Source: a virus
Strand: one strand, 5' to 3'
Length of the DNA stretch: 64,000 nucleotides
Virus record (IMG/VR): IMGVR_UViG_3300029319_000012
Location: 42,406 to 106,405 of that record
Made by a program: the position numbers and the translations under genes. The notes under the pieces were generated by a model. The model ran no database searches. It worked only from the letters and a program-made list of their open reading frames with translations, and was not told the DNA's origin. Positions 8,628-20,096 of this stretch are shown here, piece by piece (position 1 is the first letter of the stretch; every line of letters starts with the position of its first letter).

Positions 8628-11600
8628 ATGCCAACACCAACAATAGATGAAGCTATAGTGGGATTTGCTAACGTTGTAGCATCTATCTCAGAACTGCTAG
8701 ACACTCCTGGGCAGGGGAATCAAGTGCTGTGGGGCATACCGATCGGAACAGCACAAGATCTAGATTGGGACGACTCTCTACCCTTTCCAATGACAATTAA
8801 TCAGCCTGAAGTTTCTTTTATGGGCTTCGATGATCTAGATGAACAAGAGCAAGAGTTTGCTAGCACTCAGGCGCTAAAAGAGGAGTTTATTCTTATATTT
8901 AAGGCGATTCGCGCAACCGCAGCTCTGATTATACAAGACGATAAAGCAATAACATTGCCTGCTCCTGCGCTAGAGGCACTAGGCATTACCCCTCTGCCAA
9001 AAAACATAAGCTCTTTTCAACAAAATATTATACCAAAAGTAAAAACATTTGTTGAAGATCTAAAAATAATGCAAGAAAATTATTATTTTTCTGCCAACCA
9101 AGACGAGCTGAATGAAGCCTTTACCCCCGCTCCTGGAGTTGAAATATTTAGTCAGATTTCATCTATTTTAGACCCTGACGGTGCTATTCTTGAGTTTCTA
9201 GGTCTTTTCGGTACAACTGTCAGCCTTTTGCCTGATGTAAGATCAATATCTACTACATCATCTCCTGCAAACTCAGTTTTTCTAACTGATTCTGAGCTTG
9301 AACGCTCACTAGGTTTTTTTGGTAACGCGCCTGATTACTATATTGGATTTTTATTATCACCAAAAAGATCTGGTATATTTGATGATCCAAATAATCCAGA
9401 CAAAAAATTTGTACGAAATAATGGCTATATACCAGCTAGGCGCTCGCCTTTTGCAGAGACTGGTTTTCGTGAAGAGCATGGCTGGGATAAGCCGGTTACA
9501 CAGCACTATGATGATATCAACGGTCTTGTAGACATAGTTGGAGGAACTTTTGATTCGAATGGTATTGAAATACCATTGGGTACAGCTGTATACGTAACTG
9601 AAATTGTTGAAGGTGCTGAAGGCTTGTGGGTTGGTTTTGTTCCATTCCCAAATGCTCAATTTACAGAGCAACAAATTAAAAATCTAACGTTAGATTACAA
9701 GTATATCCTGTACACAAGACCAGAGTTTATCAGAAAATCTGAAAACAGCGCTAATTTAAGTCCTGAGCCGTTACTAAAATATAATCCATCTTCAACAATA
9801 TCAAATTCACAATTAGAAGCAGCTTACGATCAGGTAGGGTCTGGTGTTGTTAAGACTTTGCATACTGCTAATAAATTAGCAAACGAGCAGTCAAAAGAAT
9901 TTTTTGATCCTCAAGGTCAATCTTTTAGCTGGACATCTCTAAAGAAGATGGATTTTTTCTTGCAATATGTTGATTTTGGCTTTTACAATGAAAAAGAATA
10001 TAGAGAAATCATTGCACCGCAAGGTCCTGATGGTTCTGGTCCGAGGGGTCCTCTGCTTCGCCCTGATATTCTAGAATCTAATACCAGATATAAGTTTTCA
10101 TCAGGATATTATTATTTTATTGTTGGCGATGGATCAACACCTCAGTTAGTTGCAACATCATCTGACGCAAATCCAACAAGCTATACAGCAGATGGAGTGC
10201 CAGTTGGTCTTTCGGATGATGAAGCCGAAGCAATAAGGGCAGGGAACTTAGGTGTTGTCAGCGAACAAACAAGAAATGCAGCGTTTAATGATTTATTGCG
10301 CGCCCTTGGAAAAGATACCACGCCATCAGCTCTTTTAAATTCTATAAAAAATAAATATTTTGCTGAGATTTCAAGTGCTGTTAATCCATCATCAATTAGT
10401 GACAGCAATCAAAGGGTGTTGTATGCTGTACCAGCATCGTACATTGAGCCTTTACCGGATTCAAAAGCAGCATATGATGAAGATTTCCTACCAGGCTCTC
10501 AGTTTTTAGGTGGAAAAAATTATATAGCAAACATAAAACTACAAGACTTTATTGTAGAGAATGAATCTGGAACATCAGCAGAAGGTGCGTCTGAGCAGAC
10601 TGAGCATGTAAAAAGTATTGTGGCAAAATTAGAAGAATTTTCTAAGCAAGTACAGATATTTGAAGATAACGGTGGAACTGTTTTAAATCCAAAAAGCTTG
10701 CCATTTGACATGCAAACTCAAATTGATGCGTTTAAAAAATTACCAACTATCCTTAGGGCGTTTCTACAAAGACAAGCAGCGCCCTATTCTGATAGCAGCG
10801 ATTTGCTTGATTCTCTTATTGCAGAGTCTATAACAGATCCTGAATCTAATCACAGGCTAGAAATTGGCTTAAAAGATAATGGAAAGCTTGGAGAAGATGT
10901 GAGGCTGACAATATCTTATGTTCTTTTTATACCTGACCCAGAATCTCAATCAACACTACGCTCAGCAATCACAGCTAGATCATCTTTTATTGACATATTT
11001 GATGCTGAAACTAATGCCCCAACTGGTATTGGCTTTATATTAAGAAGGGGGCTAGACTTTCTTAGAAACGAAATTGCAGGGCTCGATGTTTCAACAGGAT
11101 TAGTTGCAGACGCATCAACTGGTCAAGCGATAGACGAATTATCGACTCTTAATGATCAATCGTCTGTGATGGGAACAAGATCTTTATTTTATTTAATGCA
11201 TGCTGATTACATAAAAGATTTTTCTAGAAATGATGCTAGCGATGATCCTGTAAACAAGGCTAATAAATGGGTTTACGACTTGCAAGAAATTACAGTGCCA
11301 CCTTTATTAATATGGTACAGCAAAAAAGCAAGTGCTGCTAATGAAAAGCCAGATTGCTCTGAATTATATGAAAAGCTTCAAAGGCTTGGACCAAACCCAA
11401 CAGAAGAAGAGCTTCTTATTCAAGAGACCTACTATCGCGATTGTTTAGACTATCATTATGATAAATTTAAAAAACCAACTCCAGCAACTGGCTTAAGAAC
11501 TTCAAGGGTAAGCCTAGAGTCAGCGATGGATAAGATGTCAAATTCAAAAACAGGCGGCATGTCTAAAGAGGGCATGATTGTTTATCGAGCATTTTTAAAC

Positions 11601-14600
11601 CACCTAGACCCCCAAGGCATTATGAGTTTGATGATGGCATGTTTTCAGCATAAACTTGGCTTGCCACTAACCGCAGAAGCTATATGTGAATATGCTATTA
11701 CAAAATTAGTTGAAGCTGACTTCCTTGGTTTTAGTAAAGCTGTTAACGATTTTAGTCCAGTACTAGCTGCAGCTCTAGGGTTGACACCGACTTTTGTTGA
11801 TCCAGCAAAAAGAAAAGAACTTGAAGATAAGATTGATAAGAATTTATCAACAATCGCAGAAAATTTTGATGATGCCATGACTGCCGATGGCAAGCAGCCT
11901 CCTGATGAGCAAGCCTCAACTCGTGTTGGACCACTTGGACCAGTTGTTGATGATAGCTTTGCTGGCACAGAAGTAGCTACCGCGCTAGCTATTTTGTACG
12001 CACAAACAGAAGTACAGGAATCAATATTAGGCAATGATCCAAATGTAGCGGGAATTACCGAAGCCATTGAAGCTCTACGTAGGGCTGAATTAAAAGAATA
12101 TAGAATTGATTTAGTACCAGCGTTTAGAGCTAATCAAGACGCTCAAGCCGAGCTTGAAGCATATGAGCGAGTTCAAATCGAGCGAGAGAGAAAAAAATTA
12201 TTAGACTCTGGCTATAGCTCAAGACAAACTGATTCTATTTTAATTCTAAATGGTTTGCTGCGACCATCACCAACACAGATCGATGGTTTTTTAACCGGAC
12301 CAAACAATGTTTTTGATTCTGGTACTCGCGCTACAGACTTTTTAAATAAAACAGTTAGACCAGGCAGGATAGATGGTAGTCTTTCAACCGGTGCACCAGG
12401 TCTACAATCTGCTGCACAAGGTCTTCAAGAGGCGAAAGCATGGGTTAGCTGGGCAAAAAGGATTGTTGATCTAGGTGCAATTTGCGAAGCAGTTGTTGGA
12501 CCACTACTTAAATTGCCTGGAAATCTTCTTAAAGGCGACGGCGAAGGGTTCTTTGACGACTATGCTCGTCGACTCCAGAAATATTTTGATTTTCCTAAGC
12601 CAAAATTTAATTTACCGGACAACTTGCCAGTTGATAATCGAGTTGGAGACTATAATAAAAAGCTTCTAGAGGCGTTTTTGGGTATGATTGGCATGATGCT
12701 TGGACAAGTTGCCAACGCACTTTTAAGAGATCTGCTAGAGCGATGCTTTGAAGAAGAGGATCCTCAGTCTGCTGGTAGCCCTGTTGATAGCACGCCAGCA
12801 TTAGATATCCCAAGCTTGCAAAATAGAATCGCTCCGTTAATTCCAAATGCGCCAAGGGCAGATATTTTAGCTTGGCTGACTGCCTTGTTAGACCGATTAA
12901 ACAAAGCACAACTTTGTTCTTTATTGCGAAGAGAAGCTTCAACCCGTCTTTTAAATTTCTGTGTTGATTACACTAGAACAAGTCATCCGCTAGTCTATCA
13001 GTCAGGTATTGACTCAAGTGAGCAAATAAAGAATATATTTGCAATCCTTGGTGAGGAAGTTGGGCTAGATATCTGCAATACAATAGAAGCCGTCGAGGCT
13101 GTCTTAACAGAAGATGCTTGTGGAAAAGTAGAATACAATACTGATGACAGAATTAATTCGCTCATGGAAGCTGGATTAACACAAAAAGAAGCACAGCTTC
13201 AAACATTCAGAGAGCTGCAAGCGTTCAAGGATAAGATCTTCGACTTAGGAGAATTTTTATTCCCCAATAACAATCCATTAGAAAACAAGCTGCCTGATAT
13301 TTGTGGACCAAATGGGTTCTTTGTTTTGCCACCAGCCATCAAGACATCAATGAAAAAGATAACTGATAACATGCTGGCTCAAGTTAAAGGCGCGCTTATA
13401 TCTGATATGGCTGATCTAAAGTTTTTAACGCTTCCACCAAAAGCCATAACAGCAGCCAACAATCCAGATCAACTATTGGGATCTTTTGCAGATTTTACTA
13501 AAAATGCAAGAGATCCTTATAAGAAACTACTTTTTGCTTATGTCGGTCCTGGCAGAGTACAGTCAGTGGACGGAGATAATTTTAATATTGATTATGGAGG
13601 CATGCCAAATTATCAGCTTTGCTATAATGAGTCAGTCCATTACAATATGATTCATGTACCAAAGAGTCAAAGTGAAGTTGTTGATCAAATAATAAGTGAT
13701 CGTGTTGATAAATTTATTGCCGATCAAAAACAAAAAGCTCTCAACAATTTATATACTTCTCTAAATACCTATGAATCCGTTACTCTAGAAGCATTCGAGG
13801 CGCTTGTTGCAACTGGCGATGGTGATCTAGACGAAGGACTTAAATTTATTGTTGATCAAGCATTTGAATATTTTCTTGGCAACTCACATATTTCACTTCA
13901 AATTGGTGATGATGGAAAATACCACCCACACGACACCACAGCCGAAAACCTTCAAGGCAGTCTTGAGGACGCTATAAGACAAAGAATTCAAGGCACTGTG
14001 GGACCTGAAGGCTCAGCTTTATACGAGCAGACCGTGCATAAGCAAGGCGATGGAGATCAATCTAATATTTATGTTGGTGGAGATTTATCACATGAAATAT
14101 ATTATGGTGGTATGAATAACACCTCTCCACCATCGTTAATAAAAAATTTAAAGTTTACCGATGAGTTTACAATACTTGGAATGCCATTCATGATACAAGG
14201 TTCGGATAAATACCCAGATAATACAATTTTAATTGGAAAAGGTGATGCTGGTGAAGACGGTAAGAGTTTCCAGACTGATTACGGCGGCGGCGGTGCGAAT
14301 CGAGATTTAAGTGTTTATACAACCGGATCTTTTCAGACATTTGAATCAGACGTTGATTTGGAGCCTTTGCCAGAAGGAAGTGGGGTGGGAAGTTATGCTC
14401 AAGAGGTAAGAAGATTAATTCAGGAAAGAAGTAGCGCTTTATCCACTGGAAATAGCCTTTTAAGGGTTACATACGATAGCCCTGCAGCAGAACTTTTGAG
14501 CGCTCCAGGCTTTGTTCCGATAAATATTTCAACCCTCCTGCGCGAGTTTCCTCAAGATTTTATTTATGCTAAATCGTCTGGTCCACTCCTCGCTGAAAAT

Positions 14601-17600
14601 TTTGAGGACTACTCAGAAGAGCATGCATCGTTTGTTGCAAAGTTTCCTGCTGTTTTTACAAATTTATCTAATGCTTTGCAAGAGTATATGGAAAAAAATG
14701 ACCTTTTAAGTGTAAAGACAAAGGACTTAGCAGAGGGAACGTCACAAAACGGCGCGGAAGTAGTAGGTGCTCTCGGTTCGCCCGTGCAGATGACAGGGGA
14801 AGGTGAGGTAGTAGAACTCGGCGACGGGGAAACAACGATACTTTATGGACCTGCACCAAATGATTTTACTGGATTTAACTCCAGCATAATTGATGGAATA
14901 TCAGACCATATCAAAAGTCAATTTGCTAAAGATTTAAAGCCCATGGGTTTGGAAAACTTTATTTATTCTCATGAAATGCTAGTACATGGTCAAAAGTCAA
15001 AATATAGACCAGCCGCAGTGCTTGAAGATACTCTAGAGAGAGGTCCTGGCACTTCCTGGGGATTGAAAGCAACACCAGCTGTAAATCATGCAAAAACTGA
15101 AAAAGATGACCTTAGAGCAATATTTTCTAATTTTGGCTCAAGTCTTTCAAGGACTTATTTTTCTTTAGATACAAAATTAAAAGATATTTCACCCAATAGA
15201 AATCATTGGTATGGCATGCTCATGGCTTTTACTGGTGTTCAGCTCGATGGCGCTATTGACAATCTTAATAAATACAATATGGATAGCCACCCTGGCAGCT
15301 ACGAGGATGAAGGCGATACAGATAGATACTTTGAAGAATTAAAGATGTTTAGAGCTAGCCCAGGATTAAGATTTATAACTGAACACATAGCTTATGTAAA
15401 TGATAAAGATCACAATATTATTGATGCATTTATGGAGTTTACTTTAGGTGAAGCTTCAGGCATCACTGAAGAAAGAGTGTCTGCCATTTATCCTAATTTA
15501 AAAGGCATTGTTGGCAATATAAAAGGCGTTATGCTAACAAAAATGAGATTTTTCTGCGACACAGTTACCTATGAGGGTCACGATAGAAGATTTTTACATG
15601 ATGCAGGCGCAGCTGTTGGTCAGATGGACTCAATCCCAAGAGAGCCAAAGCCAAAAGATGATTCTGAATCATACGATGGAAACAAGCTTTATCCATCAAT
15701 AATGCCCTTGGCGATTCTTTATGAAGAGGTGTTTAGAGACCCAACTAACGCATGGAATCAAGATGCAGATACTTTATTAAACCTGTACTCTATGGACACG
15801 GAGCCTGTTAGCGAAGAATTAAAAGAGGCTTTAGAAAATTACAGTCCAAGTGGCTTCCCTCCATACTTTGGCTTTAAAGAGAATGGTATGGAAGATTATA
15901 TTTTGGGCAGGGCTGATAATGACTTCGCGCTGGCTTTAGAATCTTATCATTCATTTAACCCTAATACAATAAAATTAGATCTTCCAGTTAGAAATATTTC
16001 AGTGTTAAGTGTTGATGCAGGTGAAACAACAAAAAGAATCACAGATTTGTTTTCAGATTTAGGTTCAGGAATTGATGCAGCTAATGATGATCCAGAGTTA
16101 AAAGCAGAACTTTCTACGGTTAGTGAGCAACTAGGCTTGCTTTCAGTCAATAGTTCAATGATATATCAAAATTTTGATTCTGATGTATCATTAAGCACTT
16201 TATATCCTGATTATAAAGATGCATATTTCTTTGGTAAGGGCAAATTTGTTGAGTCAGATTTTGATAGCTTCTATTATGCCGTCGCTGAGCCCAGCAACAG
16301 CGATTCTGCACTTGTTAGAAAATTAAATAATGCTAAATATAATTTTAATATCTATAGATCTCAAGGGCTCGACATGGGTCAGAATGTTAGCAACTTATTG
16401 ACTAATATTTACACAATTGATCCGCCACTCAATCCGCCATACGAAAATTTTCTACCTAAAAAAGAGATTGTTGACACATATATTGAAACGATATATCCAT
16501 CCGAGCTTAATTATACTAATCAAATTACTCACGGGGCAGATAAGATCGTGATCGCAACAACTCCTGATAATCAAACGGCGGGCTTTTCAACTGTGCCAGA
16601 TTTGCTTCCAAATATGACTGGCAAACTCCCTCCTGAAGACCCAATTACAAGACTATTTCATCATGATAAAAACACAAGAGCAAAAATATTTGGTCGCTTG
16701 ATTACAAAAAAACTTGAAAAAGCATTTTTAGATAATGGAGGAACAGTAAATCAAGATGCCTTAGCTTATATCGAACACAACCTTTCTTCATACGGATATT
16801 CTGCAATGAAGATGGCTTATTCAAATCAAGCTTTTGCAAAGTTAAAATCCTCTAGGCTCAATACTAGAAAAATGTTGCGCAAGATTTGGGATAAAATTTT
16901 ACAGCTGCCAGAAAATAGCTCTGCAAGTCAAGAATGTAAAGATCTTTTTGATCGAATCAATCTTTCAACAACAAAAGATTTAATTAAGACAAATACAGAC
17001 TTTTTCAATGTTTCAAAGGTCAAAAATTTAATACTAGATTCGTTTGAAAAGGCAGCATGTCGCGATGTATTTAATCCTGAAACACCAAGAGACAGCGCAG
17101 CTCGCAATGCACTTCTTGAGGGATCGATTATTGTTTTAATAAAAGTTTACTGTCTAGAGATGTGTCTAGCAAGTGTTTTTGCTTGGGACAGTTTTAATCT
17201 GCGAGACGTATTTTCCAGTAAATTAATGACCAGAGTAATAGTGCAAAATATTAAAGAAGGCATTGTAACAAGCCCAAGAGCCATATCGTTTGACGATATT
17301 GCAAACGTGGCTAGCCAATATCTAATAAAAAAGATACCTAAGTATGATCAATACTACGCTGGTATAATACCTCAAAGCCCTTTTGAGAAAATGGTTGAAA
17401 TGGAGGCTAATGACTTAGCTGGTACAATCCAGAACATGTTGCCCAATAGCAATCCCCTTACAACAGATCTAACGATTGATTTAGTTAAAAATTCTGATCC
17501 CGATTTTGCTGTGTCGTTTGATACAAAGTTTCCAAGTTTTGTGGAGAACGAAGGGCAGTTTTTATATGCCCTAAGTAAACTTCTTAGTGAGACCGAGCCG

Positions 17601-20084
17601 GTTGATTATGTTGTTGGGGCAAGGATAACAAACAACCCATATACAATAAACATTGGACGCAATATTAAATCAGCCACGGTTAGTAATATGGCGTATATTA
17701 CTGATAATATTAATCAGTTTTTTGATAAGCATATAAATGATTCATATAACGATAAGGCAGATTTTTTTGGAAGCAGTCTTCCAAAAACAACACCAAGCCA
17801 GCGCGATTACTTTTATTCATTACCTGTAAAAACTATATATAATAATAATCCTGGAGATTTAAGTTTTGGCGGCATAGAGCGTTTTGTTTCGAATAGTACA
17901 GAAGTGCAGCAATACAAGAATTCTGTTAATAACATTTTCGCTTTTGATGATACCGCACCAAGCCCACTACCTCCACCGCCTTCAGGGGGAACAAATGCAG
18001 CTCCTGGCGCGATTACTAGAACGCGAGAAAGACTATCTTCTATTTTTCAAGGGGCTAGCCCTTGGAGCAAGGAAAATATTCACGAATTTTTAGTTCCAAA
18101 CGAAATCAATTCAAAATTAGGTAATTTTATTTTCCAACCGTTTGTTAAGATTGTAGAGCAAGATAATATTAACAAATTTTCTGTTGTTGAGTATCTAGAT
18201 CCAGTAACAAAAGTGCCTTGTGACTCTCCAGGTATTTTAAATATCATTCCTGGAGCACAAATATTGCCTATTCTAGAAGATTATCGATCTGGAAATAATC
18301 AATACAATTGTCATCTCTATGGCTATGTTCCCTTGAATGTCTGGACAGATTTTTATCAAAATGTATTTTTAACACAAATTGAAGAGGAGCCCTCTGGTAG
18401 ATTAAAAAAATTATTTGCTAGATATGGACTTGAGCCATTCTTTAAAAGTATAGAGATCGGCATTCGAATGACTTATATAGCTTCGCACCCAATTGAATTT
18501 AAGTTTTCAGGATTTAATTACGCAGATTTTGTAAATGAAAATATATCACCCTCAGCGCTAGAAAAAACAAAAAGCATTATATCTACTAGAGCAACAAGAG
18601 TTTATGGTCAGCCAACCACTGGGATTGGCGTGGATGAAAATGGCGCAGTCACTACACTTGTTAACGAAATGCATGTCCCTATCGTTGAAGTGTCAAGAGA
18701 ATTAAAGTTCTCTAAAAGAGGCTTTATTGTTGAGGGTAACCTAGAGAGCCAACCTTATTCAAAGCTAGGAAGTTATTTATTGCTTGATGCATCCACTGTT
18801 AGCACAATTAATGAGTTTATTATGGATATGAGCACAGTCGATTCAACTAATGAGCAATTTAATATGATTGATATTCTTTCAGATGTGGAAGATGTACAAG
18901 CTATTGCCGGTCTTGTTAAAAGCTTTGGTAATAATTTTTCACAACTATTCTATAAAGATTTAGCACAAGAATTGATAGATAACTTAAAAGCAACAGCAGA
19001 GTTTAAACTAATATTTGATCATTTATTGCCGATAAAAGATTATTCAGCGCTCGCTTTCTTGTATGGGGGAGATAGCCTTAGTCCGCTGATTAAAGAATCA
19101 TCAATCATACTTGAACAGACAAAAAATACTCTTAACAATATTGTTGATTCATTATTTAATGACGATCAATTTGATTTAAATCCTGATATTTTAACTGCTA
19201 GATTAGAAGACACCTTAAAAGCTGACCAGACTGATACCAGGGGTAAAGGTACTGATTTAGAAAAAGAAATAGCGAAAATAATATTAAGAACGCCACTTTT
19301 AGTTCTTAAAGGCTTTGTCGAGGTAACAGATCCCGCTATCATATTAGCTAAATTAATTATTGACATTGCTAATAGTGTTCAGCAAGCAGCAATCGCAGCT
19401 GCAGAAGCTGCTTTGAATGCTGCAAAACAAGCAGCACGTGGAGCCTTAAGGGAATCAGAGAATGCCAAGTCGCAAACAGAAATTCAAGTTCGCGTCGCTG
19501 CATCACTAGCACAATCAACTTATGACTCAGGAATAAAAGACTCTCTAGAGTCGCTTGGTCATGCAGACGCTGTTACTTTTGATGTTAGCGCTGATGCTAT
19601 CAGCGATTGGCAAGACACAGTGAAAGTAAATGATAGTCAAAAAGCAGAAATAAAAGCAAAGGCAGAGGAAGATCCTGAAACTTATGAGGCTATTTTAGCT
19701 TTCATTGAAACGGTTGAATCTCTAGAGGAGCTAATAGAAGTTTTTGTAGAGTTAGAAGAAACTGTAGAAACTTTAAAAGAAAAAGTTGCACAAATTCAAA
19801 ATGAAATAGATACAAAATTAGCTGAAGCAAAGAAGATCCTAAAAGATATTTTTGCTTCTCCATTCCTGCTTCCAGGGCTATGGGCAGCAATGGTGCCAAC
19901 CATGGTGCCTCTTGGAGGTGGTTTAATTCCACCGCCACCTGGCTTGTTTGTACCAACGCCACCGAGTACCATCCCTGGTATGATTTATTTAGCAATACTA
20001 TTTATAGATGGAGTAGAGCAAGCTATACATAATTCTACGCAAAACACCAACAACGAAGATAATAATTGCAGTGATGAACTGTAG
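8628..20084 (+). CDS. Giant 3818-aa hypothetical virion protein
   Basis: Uninterrupted 11.4 kb ORF between spike and gp25; acidic, with a C-terminal coiled coil and a Pro-rich hydrophobic tail. Confidence 0.8.
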   Translation: MPTPTIDEAIVGFANVVASISELLDTPGQGNQVLWGIPIGTAQDLDWDDSLPFPMTINQPEVSFMGFDDLDEQEQEFASTQALKEEFILIFKAIRATAALIIQDDKAITLPAPALEALGITPLPKNISSFQQNIIPKVKTFVEDLKIMQENYYFSANQDELNEAFTPAPGVEIFSQISSILDPDGAILEFLGLFGTTVSLLPDVRSISTTSSPANSVFLTDSELERSLGFFGNAPDYYIGFLLSPKRSGIFDDPNNPDKKFVRNNGYIPARRSPFAETGFREEHGWDKPVTQHYDDINGLVDIVGGTFDSNGIEIPLGTAVYVTEIVEGAEGLWVGFVPFPNAQFTEQQIKNLTLDYKYILYTRPEFIRKSENSANLSPEPLLKYNPSSTISNSQLEAAYDQVGSGVVKTLHTANKLANEQSKEFFDPQGQSFSWTSLKKMDFFLQYVDFGFYNEKEYREIIAPQGPDGSGPRGPLLRPDILESNTRYKFSSGYYYFIVGDGSTPQLVATSSDANPTSYTADGVPVGLSDDEAEAIRAGNLGVVSEQTRNAAFNDLLRALGKDTTPSALLNSIKNKYFAEISSAVNPSSISDSNQRVLYAVPASYIEPLPDSKAAYDEDFLPGSQFLGGKNYIANIKLQDFIVENESGTSAEGASEQTEHVKSIVAKLEEFSKQVQIFEDNGGTVLNPKSLPFDMQTQIDAFKKLPTILRAFLQRQAAPYSDSSDLLDSLIAESITDPESNHRLEIGLKDNGKLGEDVRLTISYVLFIPDPESQSTLRSAITARSSFIDIFDAETNAPTGIGFILRRGLDFLRNEIAGLDVSTGLVADASTGQAIDELSTLNDQSSVMGTRSLFYLMHADYIKDFSRNDASDDPVNKANKWVYDLQEITVPPLLIWYSKKASAANEKPDCSELYEKLQRLGPNPTEEELLIQETYYRDCLDYHYDKFKKPTPATGLRTSRVSLESAMDKMSNSKTGGMSKEGMIVYRAFLNHLDPQGIMSLMMACFQHKLGLPLTAEAICEYAITKLVEADFLGFSKAVNDFSPVLAAALGLTPTFVDPAKRKELEDKIDKNLSTIAENFDDAMTADGKQPPDEQASTRVGPLGPVVDDSFAGTEVATALAILYAQTEVQESILGNDPNVAGITEAIEALRRAELKEYRIDLVPAFRANQDAQAELEAYERVQIERERKKLLDSGYSSRQTDSILILNGLLRPSPTQIDGFLTGPNNVFDSGTRATDFLNKTVRPGRIDGSLSTGAPGLQSAAQGLQEAKAWVSWAKRIVDLGAICEAVVGPLLKLPGNLLKGDGEGFFDDYARRLQKYFDFPKPKFNLPDNLPVDNRVGDYNKKLLEAFLGMIGMMLGQVANALLRDLLERCFEEEDPQSAGSPVDSTPALDIPSLQNRIAPLIPNAPRADILAWLTALLDRLNKAQLCSLLRREASTRLLNFCVDYTRTSHPLVYQSGIDSSEQIKNIFAILGEEVGLDICNTIEAVEAVLTEDACGKVEYNTDDRINSLMEAGLTQKEAQLQTFRELQAFKDKIFDLGEFLFPNNNPLENKLPDICGPNGFFVLPPAIKTSMKKITDNMLAQVKGALISDMADLKFLTLPPKAITAANNPDQLLGSFADFTKNARDPYKKLLFAYVGPGRVQSVDGDNFNIDYGGMPNYQLCYNESVHYNMIHVPKSQSEVVDQIISDRVDKFIADQKQKALNNLYTSLNTYESVTLEAFEALVATGDGDLDEGLKFIVDQAFEYFLGNSHISLQIGDDGKYHPHDTTAENLQGSLEDAIRQRIQGTVGPEGSALYEQTVHKQGDGDQSNIYVGGDLSHEIYYGGMNNTSPPSLIKNLKFTDEFTILGMPFMIQGSDKYPDNTILIGKGDAGEDGKSFQTDYGGGGANRDLSVYTTGSFQTFESDVDLEPLPEGSGVGSYAQEVRRLIQERSSALSTGNSLLRVTYDSPAAELLSAPGFVPINISTLLREFPQDFIYAKSSGPLLAENFEDYSEEHASFVAKFPAVFTNLSNALQEYMEKNDLLSVKTKDLAEGTSQNGAEVVGALGSPVQMTGEGEVVELGDGETTILYGPAPNDFTGFNSSIIDGISDHIKSQFAKDLKPMGLENFIYSHEMLVHGQKSKYRPAAVLEDTLERGPGTSWGLKATPAVNHAKTEKDDLRAIFSNFGSSLSRTYFSLDTKLKDISPNRNHWYGMLMAFTGVQLDGAIDNLNKYNMDSHPGSYEDEGDTDRYFEELKMFRASPGLRFITEHIAYVNDKDHNIIDAFMEFTLGEASGITEERVSAIYPNLKGIVGNIKGVMLTKMRFFCDTVTYEGHDRRFLHDAGAAVGQMDSIPREPKPKDDSESYDGNKLYPSIMPLAILYEEVFRDPTNAWNQDADTLLNLYSMDTEPVSEELKEALENYSPSGFPPYFGFKENGMEDYILGRADNDFALALESYHSFNPNTIKLDLPVRNISVLSVDAGETTKRITDLFSDLGSGIDAANDDPELKAELSTVSEQLGLLSVNSSMIYQNFDSDVSLSTLYPDYKDAYFFGKGKFVESDFDSFYYAVAEPSNSDSALVRKLNNAKYNFNIYRSQGLDMGQNVSNLLTNIYTIDPPLNPPYENFLPKKEIVDTYIETIYPSELNYTNQITHGADKIVIATTPDNQTAGFSTVPDLLPNMTGKLPPEDPITRLFHHDKNTRAKIFGRLITKKLEKAFLDNGGTVNQDALAYIEHNLSSYGYSAMKMAYSNQAFAKLKSSRLNTRKMLRKIWDKILQLPENSSASQECKDLFDRINLSTTKDLIKTNTDFFNVSKVKNLILDSFEKAACRDVFNPETPRDSAARNALLEGSIIVLIKVYCLEMCLASVFAWDSFNLRDVFSSKLMTRVIVQNIKEGIVTSPRAISFDDIANVASQYLIKKIPKYDQYYAGIIPQSPFEKMVEMEANDLAGTIQNMLPNSNPLTTDLTIDLVKNSDPDFAVSFDTKFPSFVENEGQFLYALSKLLSETEPVDYVVGARITNNPYTINIGRNIKSATVSNMAYITDNINQFFDKHINDSYNDKADFFGSSLPKTTPSQRDYFYSLPVKTIYNNNPGDLSFGGIERFVSNSTEVQQYKNSVNNIFAFDDTAPSPLPPPPSGGTNAAPGAITRTRERLSSIFQGASPWSKENIHEFLVPNEINSKLGNFIFQPFVKIVEQDNINKFSVVEYLDPVTKVPCDSPGILNIIPGAQILPILEDYRSGNNQYNCHLYGYVPLNVWTDFYQNVFLTQIEEEPSGRLKKLFARYGLEPFFKSIEIGIRMTYIASHPIEFKFSGFNYADFVNENISPSALEKTKSIISTRATRVYGQPTTGIGVDENGAVTTLVNEMHVPIVEVSRELKFSKRGFIVEGNLESQPYSKLGSYLLLDASTVSTINEFIMDMSTVDSTNEQFNMIDILSDVEDVQAIAGLVKSFGNNFSQLFYKDLAQELIDNLKATAEFKLIFDHLLPIKDYSALAFLYGGDSLSPLIKESSIILEQTKNTLNNIVDSLFNDDQFDLNPDILTARLEDTLKADQTDTRGKGTDLEKEIAKIILRTPLLVLKGFVEVTDPAIILAKLIIDIANSVQQAAIAAAEAALNAAKQAARGALRESENAKSQTEIQVRVAASLAQSTYDSGIKDSLESLGHADAVTFDVSADAISDWQDTVKVNDSQKAEIKAKAEEDPETYEAILAFIETVESLEELIEVFVELEETVETLKEKVAQIQNEIDTKLAEAKKILKDIFASPFLLPGLWAAMVPTMVPLGGGLIPPPPGLFVPTPPSTIPGMIYLAILFIDGVEQAIHNSTQNTNNEDNNCSDEL

Positions 20085-20096
20085 AGGTTTAAGCAA

